From Octopus sinensis (Eukaryota), in assembly GCF_006345805.1 (NCBI RefSeq), contig NC_043002.1, positions 47,492,001 through 47,556,000 on the forward strand: a DNA stretch of 64,000 nt. Reading direction: 5' to 3'. The notes below the pieces were generated by a model that saw only the letters and a program-made list of their open reading frames with translations, was not told the DNA's origin and made no database searches. Below are positions 13,750-25,526 of the stretch, one piece after another (the first letter of the stretch is position 1; each line of letters begins with the position of its first letter). The translations under genes and the position numbers were made by a program.

Positions 13750-15862
13750 TGAAGCTAGGAGTAAACAAAAGCATAAACAGAGAAACAAAAGAAATATAGC
13801 AACATAGCAGTGATTCATGGAGAATAACTTACTTGGGCAGCCAGCAAAATTAGGTGCCATTGCAAGAGTTACATTGTCTTCACAGCAACCAAAAGTATGA
13901 TATTTACAGCCAGTAAACACAATTTCTGAGAGAGAGTGAAACAACATAATACACATAACATGCAACATGCATTGTACATTCAATATTACTTTGTTGAAAC
14001 TCGTATTTCTATGAAAGATTTTGAAGTATTTTGTAAATCTTGCATTAGTTATGAAAACCTAAATAAAATTTACGATATATATCAGCCTCTTCATAAAATA
14101 ATTGTTTCTAATTTAGGTAAAAGGCTGACAATTTTGTTGGGTGGAGATTAGTTGATACCACTGACTTCATTGCTGCTAGACTGGAAATTATTTTATTAAC
14201 TCCGAAAAGATTTAAGGCAAAAGTGACTTTGGCAGGATTTGAACTCATAATGTAAACAGCTGGATCAAATAGCACAAAGCATTTTATCTACTGCTCAAAC
14301 AATTCCACCTATCCATCATCCATTAATTCTGCTGTATTATAGTAATATAAATTTTATATTTTATAGATCTACCACTCCCTCTCTCTTTATGTATATATAG
14401 TCAGAAGCTGATGATTTGCACCATTGCTACTGAAAGATTTATTGAAAATAATTATTTATATTCTGTTACTATTTCAGTTTTCATTCACTGAGGGCTTAGA
14501 CCATGTCAGGGCACTACCATCCAAAGACTGGAAGTTATAAATTGTGTTATATATAATTTTACAGTCAAATCTGATATATAACTGACTAAAAGCTTCTAGT
14601 AAATCATAATGTTCAATATTCTGATATGAAGCATGCTTTTCAAACTGTAAGCTGATAACATGATATCAATTTATCAGATGATATACAGCTCTAAATATCA
14701 GGTGACACATACTGAAATAGCAGAAGAAGCCATAAAATGGTATTTAACAACTGATAAACTTCAGCTTTTTTGACAGATATACAACTTCAATTATTAAAAT
14801 AGGTCACATATAGAAAACATTTTTAACTATAATTTTTGGATAATAAAATTTTAATTTTTCAGACTGTTAATTGATTTTATCTTTACAGATGATCATTTTC
14901 AATATTATACACCAAGCTTTATGTGACAGTAGCTTAGTGGATAAGAACATTATTGTCATAATTTAGAAATAATAGTTCCTAGTTCAAATCTTGTCCAATA
15001 CTATTTACTATGTACGCATCAATAAAGAGAGAGGTGATAATGATTGGAAGTCAAACTGATCACTGTGTATTAACAACTCATCTTAGAGATATGGACATAG
15101 CTGCAGACAAGGTTGTATGGAGTTAAGAAATGCATTTCACAATCCAGTGGTTCTGACTTAGAACTCACTATGTGCTTTAGCAAATGTTTTCTAGGCTATG
15201 CTAAAGTTGACCAACAGTGAGTAAACTTTGATAAATGGAAACTGTGTAGAAGCCCATTACACACACATATGTATGAATGTGTGTGTGTGCGTGTGTGTGT
15301 GTCTGTGTTTAACTGCAAATATATCATCATCATCATCATCAACATCATCATTTAGCATCTGCTTTCCATGCTGGCATAGGGTAGTTAGTTTGACTGGAAC
15401 TTATAAGCTAGAGAGCTGCACCAATTTCCAGTTTGATTTGGTATGGTTTCTAAGGCTGGATGCCATACAAACATACATACATACATATATATATAACGTA
15501 TGTATGTGTGCGTGTGTGTGCATGTGCATATGTATATATAAAATTACCATTAAGCATCAGGGCATTCATATGCCATACCCATTGGGAATAGGAGTTAAAA
15601 CCTCAAATTAATGGGTATAGCATATGAATGCCCTGATGCTTAATGCTAATTTAAAAATTTTATAGCTATTTAACACTATTCAATACCTGTTAATCATCTA
15701 TATTATCATTGTGGATTTTATTGATTACTTATATTTACCATCGCTAATATTAGAAATAATAATATCTTTATGAATATTTTATTCATTATGTATATATATA
15801 TTTAGGTTGGACCAAAATACCTCAAGATATTTTTGCTGACAGTATCAATTTTATTACCCTCA

Positions 15863-15893
<31 letters not shown>

Positions 15894-16091
15894 AGCAGGC
15901 ATAGGAGTGGTTGTGAGGTAAGTAGCTTGCTTACCAACCACATGGTTCCAGGTTCATTCCCACTGCTAGTCACCTTGGGCAAGTGTCTTCTACTATAGCC
16001 TCGGGCCAACCAAAGCCTTGTGAGTGGATTTGGTAGATGGAAACTGAAAGAAGCCCGTTGTATATATATATATATATGTGTGTGTGTGTAT

Positions 16092-16135
<44 letters not shown>

Positions 16136-19100
16136 ATTTGTTTGTGTGTTTGTGTTTGTTCCCCAAACATTGCCTGACAACCAATGGTGGTGTGTTTGCA
16201 TCCCTGTAACTTAGTGGTTCAGCAAAACAGACTGATAGAATAAATACTAGGCTTATGAAGAATAAGTCCTGGGATCAATTTGCATGACTAAAGGCGGTGC
16301 ATGGCCGCAGTCAAAAGACTGAAACAAGTAAAAGAGTAAGAAAAGAGTAAAGAGTATATATATATATATATCTATATATGATGATGATGATATATATATC
16401 TACCATGCCAGAATAGAACACGGACATTAAATGATGATATATATATCTATATATATATATAGAGTGTAATAAAATTGATATTGTCTGCAAAAATATTTTG
16501 AGGTATTTAGGTCCAACTAAGTTATCTTCCCTTAATCTAAAGACAGCTTTGTCGTTGTTTTAAATGAAATCAATAAAATAAGTATGAGACAACTTACTGG
16601 GATTAATATAATTCACTATAACCTTTAAAGGCAAATCCTCAGAGGTTATAACAAGACTAACAGAATATCATTTTTGATTGTTTGTATTTAATCACCTTTG
16701 GGTATGAAAAATACCTGATTTTTCATGGTAGTTTTTAATCATCAAAATTATCAATTTACATTAGATAAATGAAATAATCTTTCATATGATACAAACAACA
16801 ACAAAAGAGAAAATAAAGACTTAAATGCAAAATGAAGAACAAAAAATAATAATGGAATGTTAACAGCAAAAATGTAGAACAGAAAACTACATTGTGAAAG
16901 TAGATAAAATATAAGCAAAGACAGTGAATACAGTTTATGAAATATTGAAAATGCTGGAGATTTTGAGGGAAACAAAAAGAAAAATAAGCATGCTGATTAA
17001 GCAACAGAAGGAGTAATATTCAAAGGAATGTTCAAAATATCCCCCAACCCGTTATTATAAAAAATGACCAAAATTATTAAAAATATATATTCAAAAAATT
17101 TTGTGTATGTATGTATGTATGTATGTATGTATGTATGTATGTATGTATATATATATATATATATATATACGCCTGGCACCTGTGCAGGTGGCACGTAAAA
17201 AGCACCCACTACACTCACGGAGTGGTTGGCGTTAGGAAGGGCATCCAGCTGTAGAAACATTGCCAGATTAGACTGGAGCCTGGTGCAGCCCTCTGGCTTC
17301 CCAGAACCCCGGTCGAACCGTCCAACCCATGCTAGCATGGAGAACGGACGTTAAACGACGATGATGATGATGAATCAGCCGAAATTGCTAAGATGATCTG
17401 GTTCTTGACTGATGACTGAGGGCTTCGAATGTCCCGTCCTGTGGTTCTTGTGTCGTCTCTGTGGTGTTTCATGTTCTTGTCCATGTCTGTAATTATTTTT
17501 ACTGTTTACCTATATATATATATATATATATATAAAGGAGATGTACTCGCATAGCAAGTGATTTGATCTGAGATCGTGTGCTGGAACGAAAACAATTGCA
17601 GCGTGGAAGGTGTTTGTAAGCCATTTAAGAAACACACAAAAGCCGTTCGATTCACTTCAACATTTAAGTTTAATTTATATATTAATTTATATATTAATTT
17701 TGACAAATTAAACTTAAATGTTGAAGTGAATCGAACGGCTTTTGTGTGTTTCTTAAATGGCTTACAAACACCTTCCACACTGCAATTGTTTTATATATAT
17801 AAACTTTGCTTTTTATAAGGATATATATATAAATATATAAATCATTTTTTTTTTTGCCTGCCTACATGCAAAATTATAGAAATCTAAACATGCTCAACTA
17901 TTTACTAAATAAATAAGAAGCCCTTTTAATTAAATTGAGTTGCAAAAATAGAATCTATCTAATAATAATTTTAGAAATGGAATGTTAATAAAGAAATTAA
18001 ATATTTGAATTCAGTTACAGAGAATGTTCTCTCTAAAATGCTTTCAAGCTTTGAGATTTCACAATCTCACCAATAATATAATTCTAAAAATGGAAATAAC
18101 AAAATACAAGAAAAGGCATCTGGATACAAGAGACATCTCAAAGTGCAAATTTGCATGTAAAGATATGAAAGAAATCTTATCAAACTGTATTTCATATACT
18201 TTGAGAATAAATAATCATGAAAGGATTTTAAAAATGCTTCAGAGAAAAAATTTTAGTTCAATAGAAAGGAAACTAATAATCAAAATCTTAAAGCCTTTAG
18301 AATAATAAGAAATTGGTGAATGTAGATATGCATGTAAATAATTATGAGACTATAAGGAATGTTTACTATCTATACAGAATTTCTACCAACTGATATGAAT
18401 AATGATTATAATAATTTCCTAATAAGTAGTCTATACAACTCACAAATAACAATTGTAGTAAAATCAGGTGCTCATGACATACTTTTAATTTCAATTGAAA
18501 ATTTTCATCTTGTCCTTACTACCATCATTATATCAATTACTATTGTATAAATATGTTTATACACACACACAGGGGCATTTTTATATGTAGATGTATTATG
18601 AGAGTAGAAATTGCATCTAAGCACAGGAAAAATACTTTTAGTCATTAATATAAAAATAGTAAAATTATAAAATTTTGAAAGTTATCTCACTCACAGAAAA
18701 AGACATGCAAAATAATTACACACATACACAACCAGAAACGCATACTCAAACACACACACACAGTGTCTATATTATTGTTTTACATAAAACTGCCACATTA
18801 GGAAATTTTCTCAGACCACTGTCAACAGGAGATACAATGATTTTGTCATCTTTCATCAATATCTCTTCCTCTATTAATATCAGGGAATGTCAGAATTCTT
18901 TTAGTTCCTAAGCAGCACACTTTTTTCCCTCCTGTTGTCCATGCATCGATGATATCAAACTGGATATGACTGTAACCATTTCAACCAAGCAGCAACTATT
19001 TTGTTTTGTTACTTGCTAATCATTTGTTTTTTTCTCACATGCCTCTTCCTTGTCCATAATAAAACATTCTGTACTTTCTCCTCTAGTTTGCATATCATTA

Positions 19101-21162
19101 TTACTCTGCAATCATTCCAAGATTCAGTGCAAGTCTGACAAGACATTGTGGATCAAACAATATATTCACAACATTCCACCTCTACTGGAAGTACTGTTCA
19201 CTGACATTTTTCACACCTCACATAAATAATCAGCAAACAATTTGCAATTTGCAAAATAAAAACTCAAATTTCAAAGTAGTTATGTGTTCAGATCTTTCTG
19301 GATCTCATTAAGCATACACACTTTTAATTTGAAAATATGTATGAGCACTGCTACTTACTATCCTCTGAGAAGCCCTGCATCTAACCTAGGAGACAATGCT
19401 TTCCAGATATCAAATCTTAGAATAATTCTTGAATGATAGCATTACATTAAATCCTGAATAACCTTCTTACAATAACTGTATTATCATTATTCATTTCATT
19501 CAAACAAATCCAGAATATAAGACTTCAATCAAGAATGAGGGGGAGTAACATTTAAGCTTGTGTTCTTGCCATGAGCTAGAGGTATAATGGAATCTTTTAG
19601 TGATGCAAAGTTATTAGAAATCGAAAATGAGTTCAGAGGAAGGTATTTTTTTTTTATAAACCCATTGTATTCATAGTTAACAACAATATTTTATCTTCTG
19701 ATGATATTGGATTAAATTCGTAGCACCACAATTCTATAAGCCCATATGATCCCACTCAGTAAAGGGTATTAAAAGAATAGGATTTCAAGAGAATAAAGAA
19801 CATGAACAAGGAGAATATGAATATATTAAAAGAGTTTGTGCAATGCATATAGTCATAGAGATTCACATGCTAACATATGTGTGTGTGTGCGCATGTGTGT
19901 GTATAAACATATATATATATGTTTGTGTGTGAGTGTGTAGGGGAGAATTCACAAAAAAGACAAAAGATGAAGACAGGTGGTGTAGACAACAAACAGATGT
20001 ATTAGTTTAACACTCGGGAAGTGAAAAAGTCTTTAACGTTTCGAGCCTATGCTCTTCCACAGAAAAGAACACAGAAAGAAACAAGGAGAGAATATATACA
20101 TATATATATGAAAAAACACATTCAAGTTTTATAGACAGTGGGATGCTTTATATGTAAAATTATGTAAAAAATTCCCATTTTATAACATGAATTTACCTTC
20201 ACGGCAACACTTAGCAAATGTTGCCCGCTTATGGCAATAACTTCCTGCAGGACAAATATTTTTATCATCATAACAATAGTATTCCTGGCCCGTCAGGGGG
20301 TTGACAAGCGGCATGTTCCCATCACAAGGTTCTTCTTCCAGATCTGATAAGAGAAATAAAATCTCAATAAAATTGTATATCAGTGGAGTGATCAGAGTAA
20401 ATAAAAAATAAAGAAGCTATTTCAGAAACTGAAAAAAGAATATCTAACAACTATAGGAGTTCAGAATGTATTGCAAGCATCTATAATGATCATTAAATTA
20501 TGTCTGGCTATAGTACCATCTCTCCTTTATGCAGAGATGATACTATGACCAATGTGAGTTATGGAAGGCATGTTTATCACTGGTTGAAAACTAATTGTGC
20601 CTGGATTGACTGTTATAGTAAACAGATTAATTTGTTTAAACAGGAAGATCTAAACCTGACCTGTAAAGTTTTGGAGATAATAAGAGTTTTTGATATGAAA
20701 ATGTATCATGGTAAATGAAAGGATGAAACAAAATAGATCAGTTTAGATAGATATTGTATTCATCTCAGACACTGATTTAAATGAAATATTAAGAGGTACT
20801 CTCTTCAATTATGACAGATCATACCATCAAATTAATCACTGAATTCATATCCTGTGTTTATTGTTCTCATATTTTGTCAGTTTTTTAGTATATACTAAAA
20901 TTTATTTATCATAGTAGTCATTAGTCATTTCAAAAGTTAATTAATCTAAAATAAATATAGGTTTTCTAATGTTCTAATCAATTAACACCTAAAAAATTAT
21001 GAAGACACACAAAAGAACTATTTACATTATTTACATTCGACGAATATTTGTCCTCATCTTGTTAGCTGTTAACACAACATTTCAGCTGATATACCCTCCA
21101 GCCTTCTTCAGGTATCTTGGGGAAATTTTGAACTTGGTTCTCATTCCTAAAGTATATTTTCA

Positions 21163-21198
<36 letters not shown>

Positions 21199-23506
21199 GC
21201 TCCGATGGATGTGTAATGTCAGTGTGCATGCTCGACAGAGCGTTAGTACCCTGAGAGAAATGTTGGACTTAAGGAGCATCAGTTGTGGTGTGCAAGAGAG
21301 ACGATTGCGCTGGTATGGTCATGTGGCGAGAATGGATGAAGATAGGTGTGTGAAAAAGTGCCAATCCCTAGCAGTGGAGGGAACCCGTGGAAGAGTTAGA
21401 CCCAGGAAAACTTGGGCTGAGGTGGTGAAGCACGACCTTCGAACTTTAGGTCTCACTGAGGAAATGACCTGCGACCGAGACCTTTGGAAATATGCTGTGC
21501 GTGAAAAGACCAGGCAGGACAAGTGAGTCCAGCCCACTTATGCATGCCTTTCCTCCCTTGGACACACAAAGACCTGTTGAGGCAAGCGAAGTCGATATCG
21601 AACCTCATCCGACGACAGGCACCTATGTCTACCCCCCTTTGCTTGCGAAGACCTGTTGGGGCAAGTGAAATCGAAATCGGAATCGAAATTGAACCAATCC
21701 TATGACTGGCACCTGGCAGATGCGAGGACCCCTGGACTGGAGATACGTAAAAAGCACTATCCGAATCATGGCCGATGCCAGCGCTGCCTCGACTGGCTTC
21801 CGTGTCGGTGGCACGTAAAAAGCACCATCCAAATCGTGGCCGAAGCCAGTGCCGCCTCGACTGGCTTCCATGCAAGTGGCACGTAAAATGCACCAATCCG
21901 ACCGTGGCCAATGCCAGCCTCGCCTGGCTCCAGTGCAGGTGGCACGTAAAAAGCAATCACTACACTCACGGAGTGGTTGGCGTTAGGAAGGGCATCCAGC
22001 TGTAGAAACATTGCCAGATAAGACCGGAGCCTGGTGCAGCCTTCTGGCTTCCCAGATCCCCGGTCGAACCGTTCAACCCATGCTAGCATGGAGAACGGAT
22101 GTTAAACGATGATGATGATGATGATGATGATTATTATTATTATCATTATTATTATTATTATTAATATCATTATTATTATCATTATTATTATTATTATTAT
22201 TGTTAGTGTTCAGGTCACTGCTTGGAATCGAACTTGGAATCTTGGGGTTAAGAGCATGGGCTACTAACCCCTAGATTCCAAGTTCGGTTCCAAGCTGTGA
22301 CCCAAACACTAGCAATAATAATAATAACAACATCAAATAATACTTTAGGAATGAGAAATCAGGTTCGAAATTTCCCCCAAGACACCTGAAGAAGGCTGGA
22401 GGGTATATCAGCCGAAACATTGTGTTAACAACAAACAAGATGAAGACAAATATCTGTCGAATGTAAATAATATGAATAATGTACAAAATTCCTCATCTCT
22501 TAAATATAGAACTACACAAAAGAACTGTTTTAACTCACCTATTATTTCTATTATGAAGAGTTAAGAAACATATACATACATAAAAGAAAACATCCCTACA
22601 GGTGAAAAGAGTGCAAAATTAGATCATTTCTTCACCTTATATTTAAGACAATTTTTCTGACACTGGTGAACGAACAAATGAAGACACTGTAAGGAAGAGA
22701 GGGCTCATTTGTGCTTATGAAAATAAGGCAACCACTTTAATTGTGGTGCTATGATAAAATGTACTTAACACACTTTGTAAAGTGTTTGAGAATAGGAAGG
22801 GCATCCCAGACATAGAAACTATGCCAAAAAACAGAATGTATGAGTGAGCAAGACATCATCCCTAACTGTCTAGGAAGGCAGTTACTCTGAAACTTGGACT
22901 GTAACAAGCTGTCGAATTTATACCAGCATGAAAAGGCAGATATGAAAGAATGATGATGATGATGAGTATATCCATAATGAATAAGACCAACCATATTCTC
23001 AGCAGTATGGTTGATCTTATTTTATGAATCCTAAAAGTAAAAAATGATGAATTGGCAAAGATAAAGATTATAATTCTAATTACTGCATACCATTACTTGA
23101 ACTGATGAACAAAATAATGAAATTGAATAATTAAAATAAAATTAACTGAATTCATTGTCTTATCTCAGAGTTATTACTAATTAAAATACAAGCTGCCTAA
23201 TATCTTTAAAATCATTGCAACTTATTTCAGGAGTTTTATGGTCATATAGATTCCCAATATGAATTCTGTGATTTTGTAGCCGTAATAGTAGTAATAATAA
23301 TAATAATTTCAAATTTTGGTACAAAGCATGCAGTTTTGTGGATGGGATAAGTCAATTATAGTGTTCAACTGGTATTCATTTTATCGGCCCTGAAAGGATG
23401 AAAGGTAAAGTTTACCCTGACAGCATTTGAACTCAGAATTTGAAGATGGACAAAATGCACCTAAACATTTTGCCTGATGCAATAATGATTTTGCTAACTT
23501 TCCACC

Positions 23507-23567
<61 letters not shown>

Positions 23568-25478
23568 TAATGATGATAATGATAGTGATGATAACAAGAT
23601 CATTGCATACAGTGCTCAAGTGCACTATAACTCATTAGAAAAGATTAAAGAAAAGATCAGAAAACAACAATAAACCAAGTAAAGGAGAACAGTAATGGTA
23701 GCCAAAATAGTACACGTGATTAAACCCAAGACAGAAAAGTGAATGGTAAAAGAACCTGAAAGAGGAAAGGGTGCATAGACTCATCAAGTCTGTAAAATTA
23801 GAGATCTATGTATAATTCAAATATTAGTACTATCAGAATTTAAAATTGAACAGAACACTAACCTTCACAGTTTTCAGAAGCTACAGCAGTAATTTCCTGT
23901 TGTTGGTAGCAGGACTCTAATTTCATCATACAGTCATTACCATAGGTTTTCCCATCAGAACCACAAACAATTGATCTAAAGTGAGAGTAAAATGGAGTTT
24001 TATTGTTAATGAAAAATAAATTTATCAAATAAGATAAATATTCCTTGACTTATGTTATATAAAAAAAAGACAATTTATGACATTGTTGATGGATGGCATG
24101 ATTTCATCTGTAACTAGTTTAATGTTAGGCAATGAAATTCTAAGAAGAAGCATTTATCAAAAAAGGTCTTAGATAATTAATTTATTGATTTTTAAAAGAG
24201 CTAGTGGATAGTGTGTCAAACTGATTTATAAGTGTTATGATAATATAGACAAACTAAGTGCTCTTTGTTTTTGCTTTAAACCTTTATTAAAATATTTTTT
24301 GTGGACAGGAGATATTTATTGTAGAATTAATACTATAAATAATAAATGGTAAATATAACTGTCTGCTTCTCTGTATCATCGTGTTCACCAATTTGTTATT
24401 CTAGAAATCAGTTGGTTATATTAGCCAACATGTTCAGTCAGTTTCATTTAAATGCTGTTTCTCATTTCACTTCACAAGTTTTGTGTATTGTTCCATCTCT
24501 TTCTATTCTGCTATCACTCTGCTTCAGTTGAATTAATCCTTTAACATTTAAACCAGTCATATCAAGCCAAAATATTCCACCAGTTTTATATTTGAACTGG
24601 TCAGCTCTGTCCTCTCACACCTAGCCTACAATGTCATTGTAAAAATATACAATCACATCATCAAAATCTTAAAACTACAAGATAGTGCATAATTATTTCA
24701 CAACAATGCAAATAAATAAGCATTTGACAGAATAATCTGAATGCTAAAGGGGTAAATATTATAATTTTAGTCATTCACTTATAAAATCTTTTACAAATAT
24801 AAGGAATGATACCTTCGTTCACTTTCTAGTTTTCAAATATCATTATCATCCTCATCTGTGTTGTTGTATTATCCTTTTCATCATTGTTGCTATTGTCAAC
24901 ATAATTTTATATTCATTTTTCTATGGGTTGGATAGGTCTTATAAATGATCATGATCTGTACCATCTGACACACCTAACAACCCCCCCTCCCAGCCAACTT
25001 TATGGTTGAATGTCTTACAGTATGAACTAGATGCATTTTACCATGTCACCAGCACTGAAGAAACTGTTCCATACTGGAGTCCTTTCTGCTCTGTTATTCA
25101 GAAATACCTTCTGCCTAGATGGGCAGCCTGCAATGAGTAGTCCACCTCTCATATTCATGTTTCATCTTTTGGTCATGATTTCTACGGCTAAATATTTTCC
25201 TATCAGTAATCACATTACAAAATGTACAGGATGCATTTTTTCATACCATTTCAAGCTGTTTACATGCATTAAAAAAGTTACATCATGTGAGAAGAATGAA
25301 AAGACCTCCTCTAATCTATAGCAATTCTTATTTGGAGTTGCATCCTCTTAGATCAAAAACGTTTAAATTATACTCCCTTATAGAACATGTGTAGTCTTTA
25401 TCTGCAGCCTATTAGGTATAATAGCAAATTTTTGAATTATAACAACTAATGTATTTCCAATCTACAATATATACATAC

Positions 25479-25526
<48 letters not shown>

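Larger units (their letters stand above)
21020..22513. mobile_element. Composite insertion: inverted Penelope-like termini around (ATT)n, an RTE fragment and a hairpin element; 13-bp TSD
   Basis: ACACAAAAGAACT at 21007-21019 and 22514-22526; ~140-bp inverted copies at ~21020-21165 and ~22335-22480. Confidence 0.75.

Noticed and set aside
15895-15970. SINE heads as tRNA genes
   Set aside because: A/B-box-like motifs only, no full cloverleaf, and they continue into SINE bodies.
17372-17450. cagccgaaa...CTGATGA...cgaatgtc as a third hammerhead
   Set aside because: No GAAA in the right place after CUGAUGA and no stem I pairing.
21700-21960. Spaced gtggcacgtaaaa repeats as a CRISPR-like array
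   Set aside because: Eukaryotic LINE 3' UTR; the spacers are themselves related and irregular, and there are no cas genes.
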